This document shows positions 11,091 through 24,220 of a DNA stretch of 64,000 nucleotides, one piece after another. Under the pieces are notes generated by a model, which saw nothing but the letters and a program-made list of their open reading frames with translations, was not told the origin of the DNA and ran no database searches. The DNA lies in the NCBI RefSeq assembly GCF_006345805.1, contig NC_043001.1, forward strand, positions 42,532,001-42,596,000, given 5' to 3'. This DNA is from Octopus sinensis (lineage: Eukaryota). Numbering within the stretch: the first letter of the stretch is position 1; the number at the start of each line of letters is the position of its first letter. Both the position numbers and the translations under genes were made by a program.

Positions 11091-12745
11091 TGACTTGTCT
11101 CTGATTGGTTGTAACAAAAACCACAACCATCTTCAAACTGCCCGCTTTGACTGGAATAAAGCAGACTGGAGCTCTTATTGTACCGAGCTGCAATGCCCAA
11201 ACTGGCTCAAATTTTATGCCTCTGGAGATGTAAACACTATACTTTAGAACATTCTGAATTCAATATGGACTGCACAAAAAACCACCCAATAGTGCAATTT
11301 GGGAGACTGCAGCAGTCCGACTTGCCAGGAAAGAATGCCGTAATGCTGAACAGGAATGCAAAATTCACAGATCAGAGATCAACAGGAAAAAGCGCAATAG
11401 ATCAGCCAACCATCTCAAGCAGGTGACAAAAAAGGCAGTGCTTGAATTCAAACAGCGCATAGCAACCAACCCTGACAGCAAAGTGTTCTAGAAGTATGTA
11501 CATTCAAAGCAGAGACCTCACTCTCCAGTTGGTCCCTTTCGCAATCTCCACACAGGCCAGATTACTGACAATCCCAATGAATGTGCAGAAATCATTGCTG
11601 GATGCTATGCAGGCATCTTTACTGTCAAAGATCAAAATGTTCCATCTCCATCACCTCTGACACCGTACTCTATAACTACTATGAAATTTACACCAGCAAT
11701 GCTACAACGCCACCTTAAGAATAAACGTAACTATGCCTCTCCTGGTCTCAAGGGTGTTACATACCTACTTCTCAAATGTGGTGGATACTTTCTTCTAAAC
11801 CAACTTTCACTATTCTTTCAATTCTGTCTTGACAATGGTGTTACTCCAAAGCAGTGGAAAACTACCAATGTTATCCCTCTGTTCAAAAAAGGTGACCGCA
11901 CATCGCTGGTTAAATATCGCCGCCTTAGTCTTACTAGTTGCATTGCCAAACTGATGGAATCCTGTGTCAGAGAAACCCTTTGGAACTTCTGGAAGTCTCA
12001 CAACCTCATCCAGCCATCACAATTTGGATTTATTCCTAACTCCAGCTGATGCAATCAACTCATCGAGTTTCTTGAGGACATTGCCCGAATCACTGATCAT
12101 GGATCCTGGGTGGATGTTGTTTACCTGGACTTTGCTAAGGCTTTTAATTCTGTACCACACAAAAGACTTATGGTGAAACTCTCTGCCATGGGTGTAAGAG
12201 ATGATCCCCATAACTGATTAAAGTCCTTCATTATCAGCCGAAAAGAGGTTGTCACAGTTCTAGGACAGCACTCTTCACCCTATGAGATGACATCTGGTGT
12301 ACCACAGGGATCTGTTCTTGGCCCCCTTTTATTTGTTGCATATGTTAAAGAATGCCACAGTGCTGAAATATGCAGATGACATCAAGCTGTACCTCAAAAT
12401 AAAGAGGACAGATCCTGTACACTGTAGATCTTTATTGCAATCAGACCTGGACACAATGCAGCAGTGGATCATGGACTGGCAACTCAAGCTGGCTGTGGAC
12501 AAATGTACCACCATGCATTTTGGGAGGAAAAACCCAGCATCTACTTACTCCCTCCACAACACTAACCTCAAAAAGGCTTCTTGTGAACATGACCTGGGCA
12601 TTATTGGCGACAGTGATTTGCGTTGGACAAAACATTGCTAAAATTGCCAAGAAGGCTGAGGGTGTCTTGGCATCACTCACCAAGTCCTTTGTGAGCCGCT
12701 CTCCTGCTATCTATCTGCAGCTTTATATAGCTATGGTGTGACCTC
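11090..12745 (+). mobile_element. CR1/L2-group LINE ORF2 fragment (RT), degenerate and truncated at both ends
   Basis: FDWNKADW, WKTTNVIPLFKKG, YRRLSLTS, SQFGF, YLDFAKAFNSVPH, SGVPQGSVLGP, YADDIKL, HDLGI; several stops and frameshifts. Confidence 0.9.
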
Positions 12746-13137
12746 ACACATGACCATACCAGCACAGTCGTCTCTCTTACACACCTCATCTGATGCTTCT
12801 TATGTCCAACTTTTCTCTCAGGGTGCTTACACTCTATCGTGAATGCACACTGGCATTACACATCTAGTGGAGACACTAGCTTCATTCCTTGCAAGCTTAT
12901 GCATGTCCTCAGCAATCACGGCCCATGTTTCACTACCATGTAGCATGGCTGTTCACACACATGTGTCATACAGTCTACCTTTCACTCTGAGTGAGAGGCC
13001 CTTTGTCACCAGCAGAGGTAGGAGCTCTCTGAACTTTGCCCAGGCTGTTCTTATTTTAGCAGCTGCACTCTCAGAGCATCCACCACCGCTACTGACTTGG
13101 TCACATAAGTAATGGAAGCTATCAACTACTTGTAGTT
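12745..13137 (-). mobile_element. RTE LINE fragment (RT C-terminal region)
   Basis: KLQVVDSFHYLCDQVSSGGGCSES...KFRELLPLLVTKGLSLRVKGRLYDTCV, a near-duplicate of 10010-10390. Confidence 0.88.
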
Positions 13138-15660
13138 TCACGCCAAGTGAAGGGGAGATGCTCATGGGCTGGTGGAGGGGGCGTATCAGACCAAGTTGGA
13201 GCATGTGCTCAAACTCGGCCCTAGCCGTTTTCAGACAGTCAGGTGCAAGATGCTGTGGCCGCAAAAAAGCAGGCAGCCCAGTGGTAGCAATAAAATGAAG
13301 GGTCGAGTGGGCAGGCTTTGCCAGCTGAAAAGTAATGTCTGCTAGCTCCAGAAATGAAGCCAAAAGAGAATGAAAAGCATTTCCAGAGGTGGCAACAAAA
13401 AATGTCGGGCTAAGGACCACATTGGTAGAACCTCTAGTCAGCGTGGTGAGCGAAGTAGTACCGTTGAGAAGCCTCCGGCGCCTGACATCTGCCTATAGAT
13501 TAAAATGATCCAAGAAATCAGCACCAAGAATAGGATGCGGTATGTCATCGACGACAAAAACCCATTGAAAATCTCAACGAAGATTAATATTGAGGCATAA
13601 ATAAACCTGACCAAAAGTAGTTATGGGAGACAAGTTAATGGCATGCAAAACAATGGAAGAATGCTTAAGCTTGTCTGCAGTGAGTTGAAGAGGCCAAATG
13701 CTACAACAAGAACCAGTGTCTACCATGAAGAATTTCTTCAACACCAGATCTTTGACAAAGAATGCACGATAAGTAGGAAGAGAAAAGGAGGAAGGTGCCG
13801 TGCCCAACTCCTCCAAGCCTAGTTTACCGAAAGTTTGAAACTGCACGGCTGGATGCACTTGCATGCTTTATCACCAAATCTGGAATGGTACCAGCACAGT
13901 CCTGAAGGTAGCCTAGAGGCACGAGAGGCAGAGCGACTCCGACTACGCGAATGGCGCCTATTTTCCACGCATAGCTCATCCATGCATCATGTCAGCGCGT
14001 CAAGTTTGTTTGAAATGGCATCATGTGACAGAGAAGAGGATGAAACTGAGGCTGTCGAAGTGTCCTCGGTACAAACGTACACACCACTCGACGATGGCTG
14101 GCCAGAAGATTATAAAATTTGATCTGCCATCATGACAATCTGGTCCATGGTGTTGTGTTCAAAAGCCGTGGCCAGAATCGTCTGAATGTTAGATGGCAAT
14201 CTGGAAAAAAAAATTTTACGTAGTAATGGCGCGTCAGTTGGGCCACCACTTAACTCTGTGTAAAAACTGCGATGAGGTCCTGTCCCCCAACTCCTCGTCC
14301 ACCTCCTCAGACCTGGTGTTGCGGTGCAATATTTCTGCTTTAACGGACGTGTAGGTCGCGTCTGGGCTACAATAATTGTAACTAGATCCTTAGCAGAAAT
14401 GGCAAGTGGTGCGGGCATTCCGCAATACAATAATTGTAACTGTTGCGCTGGGGAAAGACCATGGGCTGAGAAATAAGCCTCTATTTGAGCAAACCACAAG
14501 GCTGCATCCCCTGTAAATAGAGGTAACAATGGCAGGGACATGATGTGTTTCAGATTTATCCAATGACTCTTAGAGAAAATGATAGAAAAAGGCAATAAGA
14601 AGAGAAGAGTAAATACTCTGAGATGAAACAAGAAATAAAGAAACCAACCAGTGAACCAACAGAAAAAAAAAATTTATTAAAATTTTTTTTTGTGTGTGTA
14701 GCAGTGTGTGCACAAACAAGAAAGAAAGAAAAAATATATATATATATAAAAATCTTAAGAAACAAAATTTTTCTTTCGGTTTGTGTACTGTGTGCAGGGA
14801 GAAAAAAACGTTTTTCACCAACGTTTGTCACGCTGAAAAAAAATATATGATAAACAAGAAAATACCAGAATGTTAGTGTGTGCGTGTGTGGTCTGGTATT
14901 ATCATTTTTTTTTTCTTCTGGAGAAGCTGACAAAAACAAAAAATAAATGTTCTGGGAGACAAAAGTCAAAAGGTAATGTCACTGTTAGAAATAACAGCTG
15001 AAAAGGAAAACCCGCATAGAAGCACATCGCTGAAAAAAATTGTCTTCCTCTGACGAAGTTGGGAAAAGATAGATGGAGCTTATTCACTGACGTCGAAATC
15101 ACAAGTCTGACTGGGTTCGTGCCATTTCATCAACCGATTCCAACCGCCACAATAGAATCTGTTTCTACCAATGCTCTTTGTCTGGGGCCACCAATTTGTA
15201 GGACTTTTGTTATCTATCTCTGTGTGATATCTGCATCACACATTTCCCTACAATGTTATAGAAAGGAATAAAACGGCAGGAACATGAATGGCTGAACAAA
15301 TAACAATAATAGTTAATTATTTTCACAGAAGGAGATACTTCATCGCTGGTCATCAGCAGCATGGACGCCTAGGTTAGAAGGCAGCAGGTCAGATTAAATC
15401 ACCATGGTTAAAACAGTCTTCACAGCCCGCGAAGTCTAGTTTGCCCTTCGAGTCTGGTTCGCTCCTTCACTCGGAGCTTTGTCGGGACACGTCTTAATTC
15501 ATCGACCACCAAGAGACTTGGAATAGCAGGAAAGGCTAACTGCTCCTGATTACTGTGCATGCGCATCAGGAGACTTCCGGCAGCCTACCAGAAGACACCA
15601 AACATTGCACATGCGCAGATGGACATCCCAAAATGGCGTCTAAAACCTGGCATCACTACA
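13138..15660 (-). mobile_element. Ty3/Gypsy LTR retrotransposon, CsRn1-type (5' LTR, PBS, gag, protease, start of RT), 3'-truncated
   Basis: LTR 15197-15660 has TGTAG...CTACA ends. The PBS TGGTGGCCCCAGAC (15193-15180) resembles tRNA-Trp TGGTGACCCCGAC. Gag has LWFAQIE and a CHCC motif CWYHSRFGDKACKCIQPC (13896-13843). Protease FMVDTGS...PILGADFL. RT start AEFEHMLQLGLIRP. Confidence 0.9.
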
Positions 15661-16353
15661 CCAGCGAATGGTTCTTACACTATTCCTATATAATCATAAA
15701 CCAGTGATTCATTTCATCCCTGGTTTGACTCAAGTGCATAAATATGATAAAACATAAAACCGACAAAATATCAGTATCCATCACTCCTGAATGAGAGTAG
15801 AGGTGAGTTGTCTCATCTGTGAGTAACTTTCAGGTGTTCTAACACCTAGTGTTATGAAGGAGTCATCACTAGACTGTTGTATGGCAGTGAACCAGCAAAC
15901 GAACAAAACACATAGATTGACTACTATGCATGTGTGGTTCATAAAGCTTATAACATCAGTGCTGCTTTTAATTTGTAATTGAAGATATAAGGAGAGAGAG
16001 AGATATGTTCTCAAGACAATCTGATGAGGGCTATTAGATCCATGGTTGATGTGAGGTTCAGCCCAATGAACATGGTGGTAGAATAATATTGCCGATAGTA
16101 CCATGAAAGTTAAGAGATACAGGATTGGAAGGAATGGATGAAAAGTGATACAGTAGAGAACTATATCAAATAGTTGTCAGGTATTCTTAGAAGCAGAAAG
16201 CAAGTTGTTTACATATGTTCTACAATGTAAAGATCAGAGGTATGAGGTGTTGCAAATTGCAAGGCAATGTACTAAAGCTGAATCATCATTAAGAAGCATA
16301 GATAAATACAAACAATCATACACACATATATACATACACGAAATGTGTTCAGC

Positions 16354-16449
16354 TATTTCTCCCCATACTATAATATTTATTGTCATATTTCTCCCCATAC
16401 TATAATATTTATTGTCATATTACTCCCCATACTATAATATATATTGTCA
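16354..16449. repeat. 32-bp minisatellite x3
   Basis: tatttctccccatactataatatttattgtca repeated three times with 1-2 changes. Confidence 0.9.
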
Positions 16450-17569
16450 TATTACCAGCTAGCATTGTATTTTTTTTTTGTCATGACAAAACAAAGGTAG
16501 TAATAGAAGTCAATTGTGAATATTAAAAAAAAAGAAATTGTGATAAATAGACTGTTCATTCTCCAACAATTAGTATTGAATTTCATAGTTTACATGATGA
16601 TTAGATTTTATTCCGGTCATATTCTAGAACAATATAAACTGATGACTGAAATGCTGTATACAGATGAATTCAAACTGGCATCAGCAAAAGAATCTGCAAC
16701 TGAAAGCAACCTCAAATAATACTCTTTACAAATTCATATTTTTGATAAAGGAAAGGGATGAAGCTATTTACATCACAATTTGGTCATTACATATACAAAG
16801 AGGAAACTAAATTACTATGTGCAATTGTATCATCACAAGTTCTAACTTATGATTTGTTTATATGATATTCCTGGATATATAATCTATTAATTCTTATGAA
16901 ATTTTTGTTCAACTGCAATTTGATCCATATCGTGAAGCCATTTTTCTTTTCTTTCTAAAATTTTAAAATAAAATATTGTAAGTAACAAATGTTAAACCTT
17001 TTAATCAGTTAAGATAACCTATCTCTCTAGATGCGCATATGTGTGAAATTTTTATGATTATAAAAAGTTCTGAATAAGCATTATTAATTTTTAAAATGAA
17101 AAATGCTTTTCTACAACATTGGAAGTAGAAGCTTTTTATAGCAGTAGAAGAGGCTGGAAAAACTGCTTTATAGTGAAACAGTGAGACTTACTTATCCAGT
17201 GCGGTCTTCTGATTGTAGTTTAGAATATGTATATGGCAGGCATTCCTTAGTACAACTGGTAAGGTGGTCAGAATGGCTGAAATTAAGTATGTAGCAGTGA
17301 CAGTGATTGTATGATTAGAAAATGAAGAAACCTGAATGATGCATTAAGTTCTATGAGTGAATATTTTTTCTGAAAGTTTCACAAATTTGTTGTTATTTAG
17401 TAGTAAATTTTGAATAAAAATTTATAAGACATTATTTAAATAAAACATAATTAAATATATATATCAAAAGTCTTGGATTTTCAGGAAAGAAGAAAACAAG
17501 ACTGTGTGATCTTTATACTCAGATGATAAACCCTGAGAGGGAATTTGACTTTATAGTACATTGCTGTTA

Positions 17570-17860
17570 TCTATATATATATATAAAACTCAGAATTTGT
17601 GTGTATCTGTCTGTGTGAATCCCTAAAACTTGAGAACTACCCAACCGATTTCATTCAAATTTTATACATGCCTTACTTAGGGCCCATGCAGTGTCATTGG
17701 CCCAAAAAATTTTCAACTTCTTGCCTAATACATGCCCGGAGCAAACTCCTATCTCTTACACTATTTCAGTGTTATGTGTCAAAAGTGAAACAATAGCATC
17801 TCTATTGTAATGTGAGATAATACTTTCAGTTTTAGTAGTTACACTATTAATACTTTCACC
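17570..17860 (+). mobile_element. Non-autonomous Helitron-like element, 5' part
   Basis: A|TCTATATATAT...AAAACTCAGAATT 5' end. Reverse-orientation relatives lie at about 47885-48112 and 56640-56860. Confidence 0.6.
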
Positions 17861-18154
17861 ATGTATATAATATATACATAGTAAAACTATTATCTCACAT
17901 ATATATATATATATTTGTGAACAAATACTGTCCACACCCTATACATGACACTCTTCTTTCAATCTGTCTTTACCAAATCCAGTCACAAGGCTTTGGTCAG
18001 CCAGGGGCTATAGCAGAAAATACTAGGTTTGAATTCCACTATGTAGTGGGACTGAACAACTAAATCAAAATAAATTAAATATCTTACAGTAATTCATTCT
18101 ATTACCTATTGTGTGGATGTGTGTGTGGAGAGGGAGAGAGAGAGAGAGTGTGTA

Positions 18155-18248
18155 CACAATAAATTAAATGATAAAAGAGGTTACATCTTAACCCCTTCAC
18201 ACAGAGAAGTGGTTAAAATGTAACCTCTTTATCATTTAATTTATTCTG
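18155..18248. mobile_element. 94-bp palindromic MITE (Tc1/mariner-type, TA TSD)
   Basis: TA|CACAATAAATTAAATGATAAAAGAGGTTACATCTTAACC ... GGTTAAAATGTAACCTCTTTATCATTTAATTTATTCTG|TA. Confidence 0.75.
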
Positions 18249-18829
18249 TAATACACGTGCTGATAAAGGTATAAAGGTGACAGATAACAATTTCTTTAAA
18301 ATTCAGAGGACACATCAGATAAGAGTGGGAAAACAAACATATTTTGACTTATTGTTGTTCATTACTTTGAAAATGAATTGTCTTCAATACATTTTTGCTT
18401 GTCTTTTAGCAAAATTTACAATGAATTACAAGCAACCATCCATCACATTAATAAGACCATATATAATGAATCTTTACCAGTAGTTACACCAAACACCTAA
18501 CAACAGATAACATGACAACAAATGCAATGAGAAAAACCAGTATGAGATGACTCTGAAACAAATACAATAACAAATCCAAAAATAGGGTCAAAACACAAGC
18601 TCATTAATATATGCAAATATCAGTTGAATAAACAAAAACAAAGACTAAATATAATGAAGAGTACTGTGAAGTAACACCAGTTGTAATATTAGTCTATTTT
18701 ACAGAACATACCTAAAGGAATTTAATCTCTAATACAGAACTAAATACAGAAAGACTCCAAGTAATGAAAGCAAACTGAAAAGCTAGAAAATCAGGACTAT
18801 GTATTTATTTTAAGAACAATATTCATTCA

Positions 18830-21242
18830 AAAGTGGTGGAATAGAGTAGTTTACAGGGCCATTACAGTAAAGAAACAGGCTTGGAAGGACTGGAAGGGTG
18901 GTGGTAGCAAGGAACTATATCAGGCAGCTAGAAGGGAAACTAGGAAGCAGGTATACTTAGCTGTGGTGAAGCAGAAAGGAAGAAGTTTGTCAGCATTCTA
19001 TGGCATGAGGACTGGTGACTTGAAGTGTTTCGGTTTGCAAGACAGTGTGCCAACGGAAATTGTGATGTTGTTGGAGAGACTTGGAAGTGCTACTAAGAAA
19101 GACTGCTAAATGTAGAGAACTCATGGGAAAAGGAGAGTCTGCCTACTGTGGATCCAACAGAGAGGCAAGCAATCCAAATAGACAGTACCATGTTAGATAA
19201 AATCATGAAGATAGGGAAAGCCCCTGTCCCATCAGAAATCAATATTGAGATGCTTAAAATATCTGGTGGTGTGGGTTATGGTCTACTTACTCGTATAGTT
19301 AATCAGGTTGTACATGAGAGAGTCATACCCAATGACTGGTGTAGCAGCATCATAATCAACTGCTACGAAAGTAAAGGTGACACCTTGGACAGGAATAATT
19401 ACAGAGGTATAAAACTGTTGGATCAGGTGATGGAAGTTATGGAGAAGGTCATAGCCCAACTAATTAGGAAGAGAGTTAGTCTAGATGAGATGCAGTTTGG
19501 TTTTATGCCAGGGAGAAGCACCACAGATGTTATATTTCTAGTAAGGTAACTAAAAGAGAAGTACCTAGCCAAAAATAAACCTCTGTACTTGGCTTTTGTT
19601 GGCATAGAGAACGCTTTTGACAGGGTCCCCTGATTCCTTATCTGGTGGTCAACACAGAAGCTAGGGATAGACAAGTGGTTGATGAGAGCTGTACAAGTCA
19701 TGTACAGGGATACAGCCAGTAAGGTGAGGATTGGCAATGAGTATAGCAATAAATTCAGGGTACAAGTAGGGGTTCACCAAGGATCAGCCCCTCTTGTTCA
19801 TCATAGTCCTCCAGGCAATAACAGAGAGGAATTTAAGATGTGCTGCTCCTCTATGCTGATGACCTTGTTCTCATAGCTGAATCACTTCCAGAACTAGAGA
19901 AGAAATTTTAGGCATGGAAGTAAGGTCTAGAATCAAAGGGACTTAGAGATAATCTAGCAAAAACCAAAGTCTTAGTAAGTAGGAAAGCAGACAAATCACA
20001 AATCCCTTCAGGTAGATGGCCCTGCTTGATCTGTAGAAAAGGCATAGGAAGAAACTCCATAAGATGTACCTGGTGTAAGCCATGAACACAGAGATGTAGC
20101 AATCTTAGAAGAAGGTTAACAGGGAAAATAGTCTTTATGTGGAAGGTGCATATGCACAATAAACACTAAAAATGTACAGAAAATAAACTCCATCCAATGC
20201 GAGTGGGGAAAGCTGGAAGTAGCTGTTGGCTTCCATTACCTAGGTGACCAAGTCAGTAGCGGAGGTAGATGCTCCAAAGGTGTTGCTGTTAGAATAAGAA
20301 TAGGCTGCATAAAGTTCAAAGAGCTCTTACTTCTGTTGGTGGCAAAGGGCCTCTCCCACTGAGTAAAATGCAGACTGTATAATACCTGTGTGCTACACGG
20401 CAGTGAAACATGGGCTGTGACTGCTGAGGACATGTGTAAGCTTGAAAGAAATGAAGTTAGTATGCTTCACTGGATGTGTAACATTTGTGTGCATGCATGA
20501 CAGAGTGTAAGCATCTTGATAGAAAAATTGGTCATAAGAGGCATCAGATGTGATGTGCAAGAGAGATGACTGCATTGGTATGGTCATGTGATGCATATAG
20601 ATGAGGACAGCTGTGTGAAGAAGTACTATACTCGAAGGTGAAGGAACCTGTGGAAGAGGTAGACCCAGGAAAACATGAAATGAGGTGGTGAAGCATGGTC
20701 TTCAAATGTTGGGCCTCATGGAGGCAATGACAAGTGACTGAGACCTTTAGTAATATGCTGTACTTGAGAAGATCTGTCAAGCCAAGTGAGATTGTAATCA
20801 TGGTTGATGCCACTGTTGTGCAATTGGCATCTAAAAAGCACCCTTCAAATGCTGGGCAATATTACATGCTTGAGAAGACCCGTCAAACCACGTGAAATTG
20901 TAGTTGTGACCAATGCCAGTGTTATGTAATGGCAACCATGCCAGTGGTATGTAAAAAGCACTGTTCAAACATTGGGCCTCACAAAAGCAGTGACAGGTAA
21001 CTGACACCTTTGACGATATACTGTGCTTGAGAAGACCTGTCAAGCCAAGTGAGGTTGTAGACATGGCTGATACTAGTGTTACATAACTGGCACCCACTGT
21101 ACTCTTGGAGTGGTTGGTGTTAGGAAGGGTATTCAGCTGTAAAAACCATACCAAATCAAATTAGAACCTAGTGCAGCTTACCAGTTTTCAGTCAAACCAT
21201 CCAACCCATGCCAGCATGGAAAACAAATATTAAATGATGATA
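18830..21242 (+). mobile_element. RTE-clade LINE, degenerate, with modular 3' UTR
   Basis: IPNDWCSSIIINCYESKG...NYRGIKLL...MQFGFMPGRSTTD; GVHQGS; ends ...gcatggaaaacaaatattaaatgatga. Confidence 0.92.
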
Positions 21243-21289
21243 TGTATGCACACACACACAATATATATATGAGAGGTGTAGGTATCCAA

Positions 21290-21334
<45 letters not shown>

Positions 21335-21659
21335 TATATATATATACTTACATACATATATGTATATGTGTGTGTGTGTGTGTATATATATCCATTCATG
21401 AAGATTTTCCAAAATAAATTTTATCAAAAGTTTCTTGGCTTTTATACAAATGGAGAGGAGGAGAGGTGAAAGAGAAAGTTAGGGAGGACTGAAAAGAAAG
21501 CAGAAAGGAAAAATATATATTTGAGGAAGGCCTGTGATGGACAGGTAGCTAATGACATTTCAAGATTTCAATTTTGTTTTTTAAACAAAGGAAGAAAAAA
21601 AGATAGGAAGAAGCACAAGAGGAAAAGAGAAAGAAAAAACAAAAGTGATAAAAGGGAAA

Positions 21660-21910
21660 GATCTAATGCCACAACCCTGGCCAAGCACATTTGATCTTTG
21701 AAAGAAAGTGCTATTGAGTACAGCATAAAGTGGAAGATTCTAGAGAAATGTAAACCATACTTCAATAGCAGCAGGAAATGCAGGTTATGCCTGGTTGAGA
21801 AAAGAGTGTATCTAAGGAGCACCCAGCACTCAGGCATTTATCTGAATAGTAAAAGTGAAAGTTTTAGTTCTTGCCCACATGAGAGGAAGTATATCCTATC
21901 ATATCTGCAT
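21660..21910 (+). mobile_element. Penelope-like element, C-terminal (GIY-YIG-associated) fragment
   Basis: TTLAKHI*SLKESAIEYSIKWKILEKCKPYFNSSRKCRLCLVEK...LNSKSESFSSCPHERK resembles PLE C-termini. Confidence 0.7.
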
Positions 21911-22439
21911 GCGCCATCGTAGCTATAATCACCAGTTCCCCGACTTTGGCCCTCCATCAATACCTTGCAGTCTAGCAAAGAGTTTGATCAGAGCATACAT
22001 TAACACACACACAAACAAACAAACACACACGCCCTAACGCGGTAAACACCTACCCAACAGAGTATTTTCCACCACCCCCAATATAAACTCCCACACATAT
22101 TGCACCCTACACACACCACATGCACACATAAAGGTCCCACAAACTTAACCAATATATAAGAGAAAGAAAATAAACTAATGAACACAAATGTATATGCCCA
22201 CACTCCCTGCAAAGGTTATACATATAGTACCACTACACAAATTCCATTTCCACAAGAACACCAACCTTTAGGACACATTTCCCACAAACTTTCCCCAAAA
22301 TCTCTGACTTGCAACATAACCACACCAGTGGTGATGTTTTGGTACCGAGGGACATAACTCAATCCCCTCCTCATTTCATTTCATAAACTTTTTCACAGCA
22401 ACTGCAAACTGGGTATGTCTATTCACCTCCAACAGCAGA

Positions 22440-22593
22440 TGCCATCTTTCATTCCATAATGGCTACATCTGATGGGTTACATAATTGGGTTGTGATCTAA
22501 CACTCCGTTGAATCCCTGCCATCTTTCATTCCATAATGGCTACATCTGATGGGTTGCATAATTGGGTTGTTATCTAACACTCCGGTGAATCCC
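22440..22593. repeat. 77-bp tandem duplication
   Basis: tgccatctttcattccataatgg...gaatccc at 22440 and 22517, with 3 mismatches. Confidence 0.9.
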
Positions 22594-23015
22594 TTGTGTA
22601 AAACCAATTGATAAGATTGGTCATAATGGGTATATAATACTGTACACTTCAGATAATATATCCACTCTATTGACAGATATACGAGTGCATTTTTTTCCTG
22701 ACTTATAACTCTTAGATGACACACACACATATATATATATAGTGAAGAATGGAAAGTTCTGTATACACGTGGGATAGGTGTATAAGAAAGAAAAGAAATG
22801 TAAAAGTCACAGAAAGTTTGTATAATAAAGTTTATGGTGATATTAGGATTTTCAGTGTTTTTGGCAAGCATACAGTTACAGGAATCATTTCATTTTATAC
22901 ACAGTTAATTATATTACTGTACTAGGTTTTAAAGATTAAGTAGTAACGTGTGAATGAGTGTATATGCATGTATTTTATGCTCTAACATCTCATTTTCTCT
23001 CTTGTAAAATATATT

Positions 23016-23058
<43 letters not shown>

Positions 23059-23199
23059 GAACAGTAAAAATTGTGGTTGGTATACATATATAACTTTTTT
23101 GTATATGTTGAAATTCCATAATTGAATAAAATAAATCAGTCCAGTAGAAAATGAACAACAAAGCAATTGCCAAGATTTGAATACTTTCTTCATAAGAGT

Positions 23200-23881
23200 C
23201 ATGTCGGACCTCTCATGACTCAGGTTCGAATATAAATGGGTGTCCAGGAGTCAAGCAATTAAGTGACAATTAGTAATACAATTAAAATGAATTGGTGTTA
23301 AGTTCAGGTTTGTATTTTTGGATGAAATATGTCTCTTTATTGAGTTGGGCTTGTGTAGAAGTTTCTTTAATTACTTAAGTTGTTTGTTGCTTTTGACAAT
23401 TTTAATGTCAAGTAAAATTCTTTTTAGTTTTGGGTCCTTGTGTAGTATTGGTAGGTTTTGTATGATTGTGCTGAATCCTTCTTTGTTTCTGGGGTTGTAT
23501 GTGGAAATGCAGGGTAGTGTTTTAAGGAGAGGTTTGTCAATGTCTTTGGTTTTTCTTAATGTCTTGGTGTTGATAGATTTGGCAAGAAGAATCTGCACTA
23601 TTGTCTCAGAGAAAAAAAAAACTTGAGATTCAAGATTACAAGAACTGAAAAATGTCCTCCTGGATAGATACCACCCAATCCAACTCATTAATGAAGGAAT
23701 AAAACGTGCCAAATCTATCAACACCAAAACATTAAGAAAAACCAAAGACATTAACAAACCTCTCCTTAAAACACTACCCTACATTTCCACATACAACCCC
23801 AGAAACAAAGAAGCATTCAGCACAATCATACAAAACCTACCAATACTACACAAGGACCCAAAACTAAAAAGAATTTTACAT
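23200..23881. mobile_element. Penelope-like element fragment with an inverted duplication
   Basis: LARRICTIVSE...RLQELKNVLL..YHP.QLINEGIKRA...LPYISTYNPRN on the + strand. 23412-23584 is a reverse copy of 23707-23879. Confidence 0.8.
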
Positions 23882-24099
23882 GAGGGTAGAAATTGATATT
23901 AATCAATTAACATCAATTTAAACCAGTGTCTAGCATATTCAAAATTATTTTATCAATTTTCATTTGCCTTGCTTATTTTTTACATTTTGGCATTTGCTGG
24001 GTTTTTTTTCTTCTTGAGGACACACTCTTTATGGTAAGGCGATTTGACGTCTATCTCTAGCATATAGGAATCCACTTTAGTGTCATTCCTCTTATTAAT

Positions 24100-24108
24100 T
24101 GTAATATG

Positions 24109-24153
<45 letters not shown>

Positions 24154-24176
24154 ATCTATGTGTATATTTATATATG

Positions 24177-24215
<39 letters not shown>
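24100..24215. repeat. (TA)n / (TATG)n microsatellite, representative of many (e.g. 7470-7550, 21290-21390, 23010-23050, 31255-31300, 48510-48555, 56280-56460)
   Basis: Directly visible dinucleotide and tetranucleotide runs. Confidence 0.95.

Positions 24216-24219
<4 letters not shown>

Positions 24220-24220
<1 letters not shown>

Noticed and set aside
16015-16075. CTGATGAG as a hammerhead core
   Set aside because: No properly placed GAAA or stems I and III.
17194-17331. Possible minus-strand non-coding exon (GTAAGT donor at 17193) as a 5' UTR exon of the folate-receptor gene
   Set aside because: Only splice-like motifs support it; there is no homology or other evidence.
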